Shown here: positions 10,077-19,030 of the stretch, piece by piece
Position numbering within the stretch: position 1 is the first letter of the stretch
Layout of the letters: the number at the start of each line of letters is the position of its first letter
DNA from: an uncultured Clostridium sp.
GTDB lineage: Bacteria > Bacillota > Clostridia > TANB77 > CAG-508
Direction of reading: 5' to 3'
Length of the DNA: 64,000 bases
Assembly (NCBI GenBank): GCA_947365805.1
Contig: CANAZY010000001.1
Location: forward strand, 98,842 to 162,841
Program-made: the position numbers and the translations under genes
Notes under the pieces: model-generated
What the model was told of the DNA's origin: nothing
Seen by the model: only the letters and a program-made list of their open reading frames with translations
Databases searched by the model: none

Positions 10077-11252
10077 TTAAGATAATCTGTATTTTGTGTT
10101 GTCTTTTACAACATCTAAATCTAAAACACATCTTGTATATTTGTTTGGATTTGCAAGAATTTCATACATTACATTTTCGAAGATGTAATTTACAGTATTG
10201 CTTAATTCTCTCGCTCCTGTATCAAGCGCCATAGATTCGTCTGCAATACATTCAAACAATTTTCCATCATATGATAACACAACTCCTTTTTTCTTTAGCT
10301 CAGACTGATACCTTCTAAAAATGGATAATTCTGATTTTCTCAATATAAGAGATAAATCTTGTTTTGTCAATTTGTTCATTTCTATTATGGTATCTATCCT
10401 GCCTACAAACTCTTCTGGCATTCCATAATTGACAAGGTCTTGTTTTAAAAATCTTGATTTTTGAACTTCCTTTTTGGCGTCTCCTAATGTGAATCCCATT
10501 GGATTAGTATTTAAGCGTTTATCTCGGATTTTTTCTAATCCTGAAAAAGCTCCTAAAAAAATAATAATCAAGTTTTTAGTTTCAAAATCAATGATTTCTT
10601 CACCAAGAGGATCTTCTGGTGATGGAATTTTTATTGTCGTCCCTTCAATAATCTTAAGTAGACTTTTCAGTACTTCTGTACCAGAAACATCATGTTCTTG
10701 GTGCCCCGCCTTTTTGTCAATTTCGTCAATTGCTATAATACCATTTTGTGCCATTTTTATATCTTGGTCTGCATTATCAAGCAGATTATAAATCATGTCA
10801 TTTACGTCTGCTCCATAATATCCTTCCTGAGTATATTTTGTAGCATCTTCAATGGTATATGGAATTTGTAACCTTTTTGCAATTTGTTTGATGGTTTCCG
10901 TCTTTCCTGTGCCACTATTTCCAATAATCAAAATATTTGATTTTATGCTTCTGAAATGTATTGCTCTATATATTGCAGTAATAATTTGCCTTACTTGTCT
11001 ATCCTGCCCCATAATACATCTCAAGACATTTTTTTCAACATTTTTTATGTCTGGAAGTCCTTTTTTACTTCTGTACCCATCATTGTTTTTGCTATTTCCT
11101 CTTCCTGATCCAAAATCATTTTTTTGATTGTTATCTGCTTTCGATTTTGACTTCGATTTAGTTGTTGATTTTTTTACATCTTTTCCTAATTCCTGTGTTA
11201 CATTCTCGGAGTATAAAATTGTCCGTTTCTTAAGGTTTTGAATTCTTGTCAT
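10077..11252 (-). CDS. ClpX-like AAA+ ATPase lacking the zinc-ribbon; Lys/Ser/Asn-rich N-terminal region
   Basis: Walker A GNSGTGKT, Walker B IIAIDEIDK, ClpX-like DVSGTEVLKSLLKIIEGT, AGGAGG RBS; contains an in-frame CGG read as sense at codon 10. Confidence 0.75.
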   Translation of the reverse strand: MTRIQNLKKRTILYSENVTQELGKDVKKSTTKSKSKSKADNNQKNDFGSGRGNSKNNDGYRSKKGLPDIKNVEKNVLRCIMGQDRQVRQIITAIYRAIHFRSIKSNILIIGNSGTGKTETIKQIAKRLQIPYTIEDATKYTQEGYYGADVNDMIYNLLDNADQDIKMAQNGIIAIDEIDKKAGHQEHDVSGTEVLKSLLKIIEGTTIKIPSPEDPLGEEIIDFETKNLIIIFLGAFSGLEKIRDKRLNTNPMGFTLGDAKKEVQKSRFLKQDLVNYGMPEEFVGRIDTIIEMNKLTKQDLSLILRKSELSIFRRYQSELKKKGVVLSYDGKLFECIADESMALDTGARELSNTVNYIFENVMYEILANPNKYTRCVLDLDVVKDNTKYRLS

Positions 11253-11290
11253 AATTACCTCCTTTTTTGTATCTTACAAGATACATAGAA

Positions 11291-12709
11291 TTATTGTTCA
11301 AATTTTGTCGATAAAGTTTTTACTAACCCATATGAATCAACTCTAAAAAAGTATTGTCTTCCGAGTAATCCAACATTTTTAGTATCTACTTCTTCTACGA
11401 TCCGCTTGGCAAACGTTTTTTTTGCTTCGATTTCTCCATGATTGATTAAAATTAATTTTAAATCTTTAAACTGTTTTAAAAATTCAATCATTTCATCTGC
11501 TTTTGCATGTGCAGAATATTCTGTTGTATATTCTACATCTGCTTTTTTCTTTACCATCAAGCCTCTCACTTCTACTGTATCGCCATATTTCGTTTCCTTT
11601 AACCGATTTCCCATTGTTCCTTCGGCTGTATATCCTGTGAAATGTATTAATGCTCCTTCTCTTGATATATATTCTGGTATATATGTTTGAGCAGGTCCAT
11701 ATGATCCCATTCCAGAAGTTGTAAGAATAATCTTCTTCTTCTTATCCGTTAAAACTTCCTTTCTATTTGCCTTATCAACAAAAGTCAAATTTTGAGGAAG
11801 AAAATCGTTCATCTCCGGTTTAATATCCAGTCCATCTCTAATATATAAATTAGTATATTTAATTGCTAATCTTCCATCAAGATAGATTGGTATGTCACTA
11901 TTGAGTTCTCCTTCCTTTTGCATTTTTTTTAATTCATACAAAATTTCTTGTGCTCTTCCCAATGAAAATACTGGTACAAGCACTGTGTTATCATTATTTA
12001 TGCACTTTTTTATATTGTCCTGAAAACATTTAGTCATCATACTCGAATCTATATCCCCATACGTGGATTCTTGTATTACCGTTAAAGGTAATTGTAAAAT
12101 CCATTTGGGAATTGGATCAATATCAAAAAATATATTCTTGTTGTTATAGTCTCCTGTGAATAATAAGTTAATATCTTTATATTGTGGATAACTAATTTGG
12201 ACAAGAATAAGAGCTGCACCTACAATGTGTCCATTATTTAAAAAAGTAACACTTACATTGTTGTGAATTTTTATGGTTTCATTGTATTTGCATGCTTTTA
12301 ATAATGATAATGTTTTATCAACATCTATATCTGAATATAAACATTTATCATTATTTCTCTTGGCTACTGATTTCAGAACTTTAGAACTATCCGTTAGTGC
12401 CAACGGCAACAATTTACATGTTGTTTCTGTTGCATAAATAGGTTTACAAAAGCCTTTTTTAACCATATATGGTAATCTTCCAATATGGTCGATGTGAACA
12501 TGTGTTACTAAAGAAAACTCAACATTTTCTGCATGAAATGGCAATACTGAATTTAATTCGTTATATTCCTTTTCTTGAAACAACCCACAGTCTACTACAA
12601 ACCGCAGCGTGTCTCCATTCGGAAATTTAGCAATTACAAGATTACATGAACCTGTAACCTCTTCGTGCATTGCCATTACATCTACATAGAACCGACATTT
12701 TTTTCCCAT
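11291..12709 (-). CDS. Metallo-beta-lactamase fold, beta-CASP family nuclease/hydrolase
   Basis: EVTGSCNLV...VVDCGLFQ, HVHIDHIGRLP (HxHxDH), beta-CASP region, C-terminal HGE; start at the second ATG behind GGAGGG; four in-frame CGG read as Arg. Confidence 0.75.
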   Translation of the reverse strand: MGKKCRFYVDVMAMHEEVTGSCNLVIAKFPNGDTLRFVVDCGLFQEKEYNELNSVLPFHAENVEFSLVTHVHIDHIGRLPYMVKKGFCKPIYATETTCKLLPLALTDSSKVLKSVAKRNNDKCLYSDIDVDKTLSLLKACKYNETIKIHNNVSVTFLNNGHIVGAALILVQISYPQYKDINLLFTGDYNNKNIFFDIDPIPKWILQLPLTVIQESTYGDIDSSMMTKCFQDNIKKCINNDNTVLVPVFSLGRAQEILYELKKMQKEGELNSDIPIYLDGRLAIKYTNLYIRDGLDIKPEMNDFLPQNLTFVDKANRKEVLTDKKKKIILTTSGMGSYGPAQTYIPEYISREGALIHFTGYTAEGTMGNRLKETKYGDTVEVRGLMVKKKADVEYTTEYSAHAKADEMIEFLKQFKDLKLILINHGEIEAKKTFAKRIVEEVDTKNVGLLGRQYFFRVDSYGLVKTLSTKFEQ

Positions 12710-12886
12710 ATTAATTCCCTCCATTAAATTATTTTATTCAATGCCTTATGTTTACTTGTAATATAATTAGTTTACCATTTTTTAATATTTATGTCAATTG
12801 TATAGGTTAATTTTGTTATATTTGACAATACCTTCTTTAGCTTGTATAATTACTTTGTATTTATTTTAATTAAGAAAGGAATTATT

Positions 12887-13177
12887 ATGACAAGTAAACA
12901 AAGAGCTTATTTACGTGGTTTAGCAAATCCATTAACTGCTATTTTACAAATTGGGAAAAATGGTTTAAATGACAATTTAGTAAAACAAGTGGATGATGCT
13001 TTGGAGTGCCGTGAATTAATTAAATTATCTGTTTTAGAAACAGCTCCAGATGAAAAGCGTGTTCTTGCAGAGGAACTTGCTTCTTCTACCAATTCTTTTT
13101 TAGTACAAGTTTTAGGAAATAAAATTACTTTATATCGTGCTAAAAAGAAGGATGCTAAAATTCAATTACCAGAATAG
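12887..13177 (+). CDS. yhbY: YhbY-like CRM-domain RNA-binding protein
   Basis: MTSKQRAYLRGLANPL...LQIGKNGL...ELIKL typical of YhbY; start at the internal ATG with an RBS. Confidence 0.8.
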   Translation: MTSKQRAYLRGLANPLTAILQIGKNGLNDNLVKQVDDALECRELIKLSVLETAPDEKRVLAEELASSTNSFLVQVLGNKITLYRAKKKDAKIQLPE

Positions 13178-13188
13178 GAAATAAAGTT

Positions 13189-13989
13189 ATGTTATATATA
13201 AAAGAGGAAAAACTAAAACAAATTTCATTAACTTCTAATAATTTTGCTGTATTAATTGATTTTGATAAAACAATGACAACAATGGATAGTGATGATTCTT
13301 GGACTATTATCCAAAATCCTAATATTATGAGTCCTGATTTGTTTAAAGAATCTTGTAAGTTAGTTGATAAATATTATCCCATTGAAATGGATTATACGTT
13401 ATCTTCTGAAGAAAAAAGTTCTTATATGTATGACTGGTATACCAAGGAATTAGATTTGTATTATCAATATGATTTGACATATGATAAACTTGTTTCTTGT
13501 GTTGGGCATAGTAATGTCTTATTAAGAAAAGGATTAAAGGATTTTCTTTATCGTTGTTATCAAAATGATATTCCTGTTGTTATTTTATCAGCTGGAATTG
13601 GAAATGTAATTGAGCAGGTGTTAATTTTACATGAATGTTTGTATGATAATATTACAATTTTGAGTAACTTTTTTGATTTTAACAAAAATACCCTTTTACC
13701 ATTTCATCAGGATATTATTCATACTTGTAACAAAAATATTTCTTTACTTCCTGATATGGTAAAGAAAAAAATTGAGCAAAAAGATTGTTTCTTATTGTTT
13801 GGTGATTATATTGAAGATATTCATATGGTACCAACAAAAGATTTGAAAAGGACATTAAGTTTTGGTTTTTTAGAAAAAAATGTAGAAACAAATTTTAAGG
13901 TGTATCAAGATGCATTTGATATTGTATTAACCGATTCTTCTTCTTTTGATGATGTAAGTAATATTATTAATTCAATAACGAAAAGCTAA
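13189..13989 (+). CDS. HAD-superfamily hydrolase (UMPH-1-like 5'-nucleotidase type)
   Basis: DxDxT motif (IDFDKTMT), SAGIGN motif II region, FGD motif. Confidence 0.55.
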   Translation: MLYIKEEKLKQISLTSNNFAVLIDFDKTMTTMDSDDSWTIIQNPNIMSPDLFKESCKLVDKYYPIEMDYTLSSEEKSSYMYDWYTKELDLYYQYDLTYDKLVSCVGHSNVLLRKGLKDFLYRCYQNDIPVVILSAGIGNVIEQVLILHECLYDNITILSNFFDFNKNTLLPFHQDIIHTCNKNISLLPDMVKKKIEQKDCFLLFGDYIEDIHMVPTKDLKRTLSFGFLEKNVETNFKVYQDAFDIVLTDSSSFDDVSNIINSITKS

Positions 13990-14014
13990 TTAGCATTACT
14001 GTTAATTAGCTTTT
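13981..14014. terminator. Bidirectional terminator overlapping both stop codons
   Basis: 12-bp stem AAAAGCTAATTA/TAATTAGCTTTT followed by a T-run. Confidence 0.65.
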
Positions 14015-14715
14015 ATTTTTGTTTTAATAAAATCTTGATTTCCTTCTTGGTCTGTATATCTTAAATTCGGAAATGTTTTCACCATGATTTCATCTGAAAA
14101 TATGGTTTGTTCTATTTTTGTTTTTATTTTTTGAAAGGTACTTTGTTGGTTTCTTATTTCTTTATGATAATATTCAATTCCGACTCTATCTTGATAAGAT
14201 GTAATAGCCCATATGGTTGCAATCACATCTATGATGATTGCTATTATGATTACAATTTGAAACAATTTTGAGTTTGGGATTTTATAAATGAACTTATCCA
14301 TTCCTTTTTTTACAAATCGAATGAGAATAACAGAAAGGATGCCCCAATAGATGGAATATAGAATACAAATTCTTCCGTTTAAATTCCATTTTAAGTAAGA
14401 ATAGTCCCAAAATCTGGTTCCGTAATATGCTTCTAATATGAAACTTAGTAGGTATTCTATTGCATTTCCTAATATGCTACCCATTACAAATAGTTTAATT
14501 AATTTATCTTGATATGGGTTTAATAAGAGGATTAATAAGGTAGCTCCTACTCCATAAACTGGGCAAAATGGCCCCCATATTAAGCCTTTTCTGCTTTCGA
14601 TTACTCCTGTTGTTACATAACAAAATATAGTTTCTATGATAAGTCCAACGATGGAAAAGATAATAAAATACCATAATATTTGCTTAAAGCTGATTTTTTC
14701 TTTTTGTTTTTCCAC
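14002..14715 (-). CDS. Multi-pass membrane protein (putative ABC-transporter type IV / DUF1113-like)
   Basis: 237-aa ORF with about 6 TM segments, GPFCPVYGVGA motif. Confidence 0.55.
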   Translation of the reverse strand: MEKQKEKISFKQILWYFIIFSIVGLIIETIFCYVTTGVIESRKGLIWGPFCPVYGVGATLLILLLNPYQDKLIKLFVMGSILGNAIEYLLSFILEAYYGTRFWDYSYLKWNLNGRICILYSIYWGILSVILIRFVKKGMDKFIYKIPNSKLFQIVIIIAIIIDVIATIWAITSYQDRVGIEYYHKEIRNQQSTFQKIKTKIEQTIFSDEIMVKTFPNLRYTDQEGNQDFIKTKIKAN

Positions 14716-14813
14716 ATTTTTCTCCTTTTTATGAATTGATTATCTCTATTTTACACTATTTTGTGAATAATTGCTACTGATTTTCTTATACTATATGAAA
14801 AAGGAGGTTTTTT

Positions 14814-15812
14814 ATGTTTGTTCCACATGCTATTTATTATGAAGAAAATATTGTTGATTATCCTCTTGGTAAACAACTACTAAAACAATATGAATCTACT
14901 CCAAAGTTTATCATTGATAGCCATAATAATATCCCTGAAATGCGAAACAAGCAAAATACTGATTTCCCAAAAATGAAACAGAATCTTATTATTGGAGTTC
15001 GTAAAACGCATAAGTTTGTTCCAAATCATAAGGTTTCAGATTTTTTGGTTCCTTATACTTCTTCTGGTTGTACAGCAATGTGTATGTATTGCTATTTAGT
15101 GTGTAATTATAATAAGTGTTCATATTTACGTTTATTTGTTAACCGTGAGCAAATGCTAGATAAAATTATTAAAACAGCAAATGAAGGCACGAAAGATTTA
15201 ACTTTTGAAATTGGTAGTAATAGTGATTTGATTTTAGAAAATTCCATTACGAATAATTTGGTATGGACAATTGAGAATTTTACTTCTTCTAAAAAGGGAT
15301 TTTTAACTTTTCCTACTAAATTTGATATGGTTGACCCCATTCTAAATATAAAGGGAAAAGAACGAGTTATTGTTCGTATGAGTGTAAATCCAGAAGAAAT
15401 TATCAAAAAAGTAGAATTTGGAACCTCTTCTTTACAAAATCGTATGATGGCAATTAATAAATTAAAATCTGCTGGTTATCCTATTGGCATTTTAATTGCT
15501 CCTATTATTTTAGTAGAAAATTGGAAGGAGCTATATGAAGGTTTATTAATTGAACTTTCTAATCAATTATCTAATGAAGTTAAAAAAGACGTCTTTTTTG
15601 AATTAATTTTTATGACTTATAGTTATGTGCATACAAAAATTAATGAGGATGCTTTTCCAAATGCCATTTCTCTTTATAATAAAGAAATTATGTCTGGAAG
15701 TGGTAGAGGAAAATATCGATATCGCTCTAGTATAAAGGAGGATGCCTCTTCTTATATGTTATCTCTTATGAAAAAGTATTTTCCGAATAATAAAATTTTA
15801 TATATTGTTTAA
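14814..15812 (+). CDS. splB: Spore photoproduct lyase (radical SAM)
   Basis: N-terminus FVPHAIYYEENIVDYPLG and CX3CX2C cluster (CTAMCMYCY) align with my recollection of B. subtilis SplB along the whole length. Confidence 0.9.
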   Translation: MFVPHAIYYEENIVDYPLGKQLLKQYESTPKFIIDSHNNIPEMRNKQNTDFPKMKQNLIIGVRKTHKFVPNHKVSDFLVPYTSSGCTAMCMYCYLVCNYNKCSYLRLFVNREQMLDKIIKTANEGTKDLTFEIGSNSDLILENSITNNLVWTIENFTSSKKGFLTFPTKFDMVDPILNIKGKERVIVRMSVNPEEIIKKVEFGTSSLQNRMMAINKLKSAGYPIGILIAPIILVENWKELYEGLLIELSNQLSNEVKKDVFFELIFMTYSYVHTKINEDAFPNAISLYNKEIMSGSGRGKYRYRSSIKEDASSYMLSLMKKYFPNNKILYIV

Positions 15813-15864
15813 AAACATCATAAAAGATGGGATTAGGTTTTTTGGATTTTTTTCTTCTGAGTTG

Positions 15865-15893
15865 TTGACATGAATGTATTTTTATGCTATTAT
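15865..15893 (+). promoter_or_regulatory. Sigma-A type promoter for tRNA-Arg
   Basis: TTGACA, 17-nt spacer, TATTAT, about 16 nt upstream of the tRNA 5' end. Confidence 0.55.
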
Positions 15894-15909
15894 AATGAAT
15901 GCGTTATAT

Positions 15910-16004
<95 letters not shown>

Positions 16005-16082
16005 ACCATTTATTATTTAGGTGGGTTCGCAATAAAATCTAAATTGTATGAGAGTATCCTATTATAATATAGGAACTCTCTT

Positions 16083-16274
16083 TTATTTAAACACCTCAAA
16101 TACTTCTCTATTTAATGCTTTAGCTATTTTCTTCATAGTTGCATAAGACGGATTTTTTCTACTTCCACTTTCTAAATGTGAAATATATCCTATTGATAAT
16201 CCTGCAAGTTCTGCAAGCTCAGTTGCCGTCATACCTTTTTCTGTTCTAATTTGTCTTATATTATTTAATGTCAT
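16083..16274 (-). CDS. XRE-family HTH transcriptional regulator
   Basis: MTLNNIRQIRTEKGMTATELAELAGLSIGYISHLESG; start at the internal ATG behind GGAGGG. Confidence 0.75.
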   Translation of the reverse strand: MTLNNIRQIRTEKGMTATELAELAGLSIGYISHLESGSRKNPSYATMKKIAKALNREVFEVFK

Positions 16275-16298
16275 ATTATCCCTCCATAAAATAATTTG

Positions 16299-16339
16299 CA
16301 CGCATTTTGCGTGGATTTTATTAAAATTATACACGCAAA
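16299..16339. promoter_or_regulatory. Operator-like repeats in the divergent XRE intergenic region
   Basis: Palindrome CACGC-ATTTT-GCGTG plus a third CACGCAAA half-site about 20 nt away. Confidence 0.4.
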
Positions 16340-16378
16340 TTGATATACTGTCAATAATAATTTTAGGAGGACAAATAT

Positions 16379-16591
16379 ATGAAAATAATAGCTAATAACT
16401 ATGCACCAAATGAAATAATAAAGATAATTAGAGAATGGACAGAATTAACTCAAAAAGATTTCGGCAAAAGTATTAATAGAAGTCAAAGAGGCATACAAGA
16501 TTATGAAGCTGGCAGAAGAAATTTTAATTTTAGTACTTTATTAGATATCGCAAAAACTCACAATTTAACTATAACCATAGAAAAGAAATAA
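16379..16591 (+). CDS. Small XRE-like HTH protein
   Basis: 70-aa ORF with RBS AGGAGG; TELTQKDFGKSINRSQRGIQDYEAG resembles an HTH_3 helix-turn-helix. Confidence 0.6.
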   Translation: MKIIANNYAPNEIIKIIREWTELTQKDFGKSINRSQRGIQDYEAGRRNFNFSTLLDIAKTHNLTITIEKK

Positions 16592-16756
16592 GAGACTAGT
16601 TTTATGAACTAGTCCCCTTTTCTTGTTTAAATTTCTTTAAAAATTCCTCATATTCTTCTTTATGCAGATTAATATATTTTCTAACGTCGCTCATTAAGAT
16701 AATTGTAGCAAAAGCATTAACTTGCTCTTCCGTCATATCCATATTTAAAACCTATC

Positions 16757-17785
16757 TTATAATACTTCTGGATACTCAAATGGATTAAAATTTACTATGC
16801 AATCGCTAGTATCTATATTAATTTTTTGTGAAAAGTCTACTCCTGCTCTTTTTAAATCCCCTATGTTTTGATAAAAAGTACTCTTATTTGTATTGCCTTT
16901 AATGGTTTGTAGACCTTGAACTAAGATTAGTAAATAAAAATTATATAAGTTTTTAGCTCTTGTTGCTTTATATATGCTATTTAATCTTTTCTGTACTAAT
17001 CCACGTTCTTGCACAATCTGCAAGTCATTTTCTAGTAATTTAAACAATTTACTAAATTCTTCATACCATATTTTTCTTAACATTTCATAATTAATATTAT
17101 TTATTCTTATATAATCTTTACTAAATATACTTTTTAATTTCCTTTTCTTTATTTCACATTCAAATCTTACAAATCCTTTAATTTCATCAAAATAATTTTT
17201 TATGTCGAAGTTAGTATTTTTAAACTTTGTTAAATCGTGTTTTTTAAATTCCTTCATTTTATTATAGATTTTTAATGTTGTGGTGCTACCAGTTAAATAT
17301 AAACTTTCTTCTTCGTAATGCTTTAATTTTCTTCTTGGATAACTGCAAGAGTTTAAATTATTAATATATGTTTTTACATTTTCTTGTGTTTCTATATTAA
17401 AACATATGGCTATATCTATTCTTTGCAAAAACCAATGTTCAATAGTAGGCAATTTTACTTTGTATGCTTGTTCTACCATATTAATTAATTCAATAGAAAT
17501 TGAAATAGCATTATAAAATCCATTATGACTATTATACCCCCTAATCAATTTATGATAAGAACCTTCAATTTCAATATAGTACATATTAATAAATTTGTAC
17601 TTTGCACCATTTCCAACCCTTATTGAAAGGCTAGAACTATAAGAACCTTCTAAACTGTCATTGATAATAGTATAAAATATTTCACCAGTAGCACTATGAT
17701 AAGACGTTTTTACAATACTTTGATTTCTAATTTTATTATATGTATTAAAATTAATCATACTAACAATTTTAATTGTATCTATCAT
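16757..17785 (-). CDS. Replication initiation protein, rolling-circle type (phage gene II/CRI or Rep_trans-like)
   Basis: 342-aa ORF starting MIDTIKI.., overall resemblance to filamentous-phage/plasmid RCR initiators (from memory); structured inverted repeats immediately upstream. Confidence 0.5.
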   Translation of the reverse strand: MIDTIKIVSMINFNTYNKIRNQSIVKTSYHSATGEIFYTIINDSLEGSYSSSLSIRVGNGAKYKFINMYYIEIEGSYHKLIRGYNSHNGFYNAISISIELINMVEQAYKVKLPTIEHWFLQRIDIAICFNIETQENVKTYINNLNSCSYPRRKLKHYEEESLYLTGSTTTLKIYNKMKEFKKHDLTKFKNTNFDIKNYFDEIKGFVRFECEIKKRKLKSIFSKDYIRINNINYEMLRKIWYEEFSKLFKLLENDLQIVQERGLVQKRLNSIYKATRAKNLYNFYLLILVQGLQTIKGNTNKSTFYQNIGDLKRAGVDFSQKINIDTSDCIVNFNPFEYPEVL

Positions 17786-17880
17786 AGTAGACTACCTCCT
17801 TTATAAAATATTCCGTATTTACGGACATTCGTAGGGTGTTACTAAGCACCCTACATTTTCCCTTTGCTATTTTGCAGTTT

Positions 17881-17962
17881 ATGTCCTTGTAAAGTTTGGT
17901 GTAAAGGTTTCCCTCACTTCGTTCGGCATTACATGACCTTGACACCAAACCAACAAGGACAT
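17881..17962. repeat. Long inverted repeat upstream of rep (candidate replication origin)
   Basis: ATGTCCTTGT..AAAGTTTGGTGT pairs with ACACCAAAC..AACAAGGACAT around a 39-nt loop; an extra hairpin GTAGGGTG/CACCCTAC lies at 17831..17854. Confidence 0.45.
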
Positions 17963-18170
17963 GTATGTCAACTAAGCAAAGGCAAGGCTTAAACTGAAAA
18001 TTAGCAAAAGTCAAATTGATATTTCTTGCAAGATTTAACCAACTTTATTGGAATTATAATACAACATTTTAATTTGTCAATAGTTTTTTGAAAAATTGTT
18101 TAAAAAATTTAACATTGTTGTATTTACAAAACAATTTTAACGTGTTATACTCTTAAAGAGGTGAATAAAA

Positions 18171-18926
18171 ATGTCATATAGCAAATTATTAAGAAAAATT
18201 GTTGCAGAAAGTCCATATAATTATGCACAACTTGTCGAAGAATGTAATAAAAGGGGTGTGAAATTTGACAAAGCTTATATTAGTAAACTAGCAAATGGAA
18301 AAGTCCCTCCACCTTCAGCAGATATATCCAGAATGATAGCAAATGTTTGTGGAACAGATGAAAGACCTCTTGTATTAGAAGGATATATTGAAAAAGCACC
18401 CAAAGAAATTAGAGAGGCTTTTACTTCTATAAAATATATGGTTGCTGTAACTGCTTTAGGTGCTGTCGAAAATTATATTGATAAAAATACGTTGAAAGAA
18501 TTAGAAGAACAGTTAAAAACTGAACCAATTGCAGATTTTATTATATCTATAATAGATAATAAAGAAAGCACCGAAATTAACGTTAATAATCGTTTTGAAT
18601 TGAAAGCACAAGATAATGATTTAAATGTAATTATGCAAGAGCCTTTGGCTTTTATTGTAAAAGACAATTCTATGTTCCCAATTATTCCAGAAGGTGCAGA
18701 AATCACTCTAAAAATACAAGAAAAATATGAAAGTGGTGATATTCTAGCAATAAGGATAAATAAGCAAGAAGATTTTATTGTAAGATATTCTCTATTTAAG
18801 GATAATGAGATTGTATTAACACCACTTAATAATATAGAAAATAAGTACTCAAAACTAACTTATAAATTAAACGAGGTTACTATTTTAGGAAAAGTAATGA
18901 AAGTTATTAAAACTATTCAAAATTAA
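18171..18926 (+). CDS. LexA/CI-like repressor (N-terminal HTH plus C-terminal S24 peptidase)
   Basis: S24-like segment IVKDNSMFPIIPEGAEI...GDILAIRI...IVRY. Confidence 0.75.
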   Translation: MSYSKLLRKIVAESPYNYAQLVEECNKRGVKFDKAYISKLANGKVPPPSADISRMIANVCGTDERPLVLEGYIEKAPKEIREAFTSIKYMVAVTALGAVENYIDKNTLKELEEQLKTEPIADFIISIIDNKESTEINVNNRFELKAQDNDLNVIMQEPLAFIVKDNSMFPIIPEGAEITLKIQEKYESGDILAIRINKQEDFIVRYSLFKDNEIVLTPLNNIENKYSKLTYKLNEVTILGKVMKVIKTIQN

Positions 18927-18935
18927 TACGATATG

Positions 18936-18990
18936 TGGCTTTTGATTGCCGTGTGTCCATAAAGGACACACGATACAATCTCAAAAGCCA
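18936..18990. repeat. Compound hairpin between the repressor and recombinase genes
   Basis: TGGCTTTTGA/TCAAAAGCCA outer stem and CGTGTGTCC/GGACACACG inner stem; no T-run. Confidence 0.5.
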
Positions 18991-19030
18991 ACACATAAAC
19001 CGATATTTAAATTTATGAAAAGAGGTTTTT

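Noticed and set aside
17769-18014. 81-aa ORF upstream of rep in the integrated element
   Set aside because: It coincides with the dense inverted-repeat region and has no RBS and no recognisable family. It is more likely origin or regulatory DNA.
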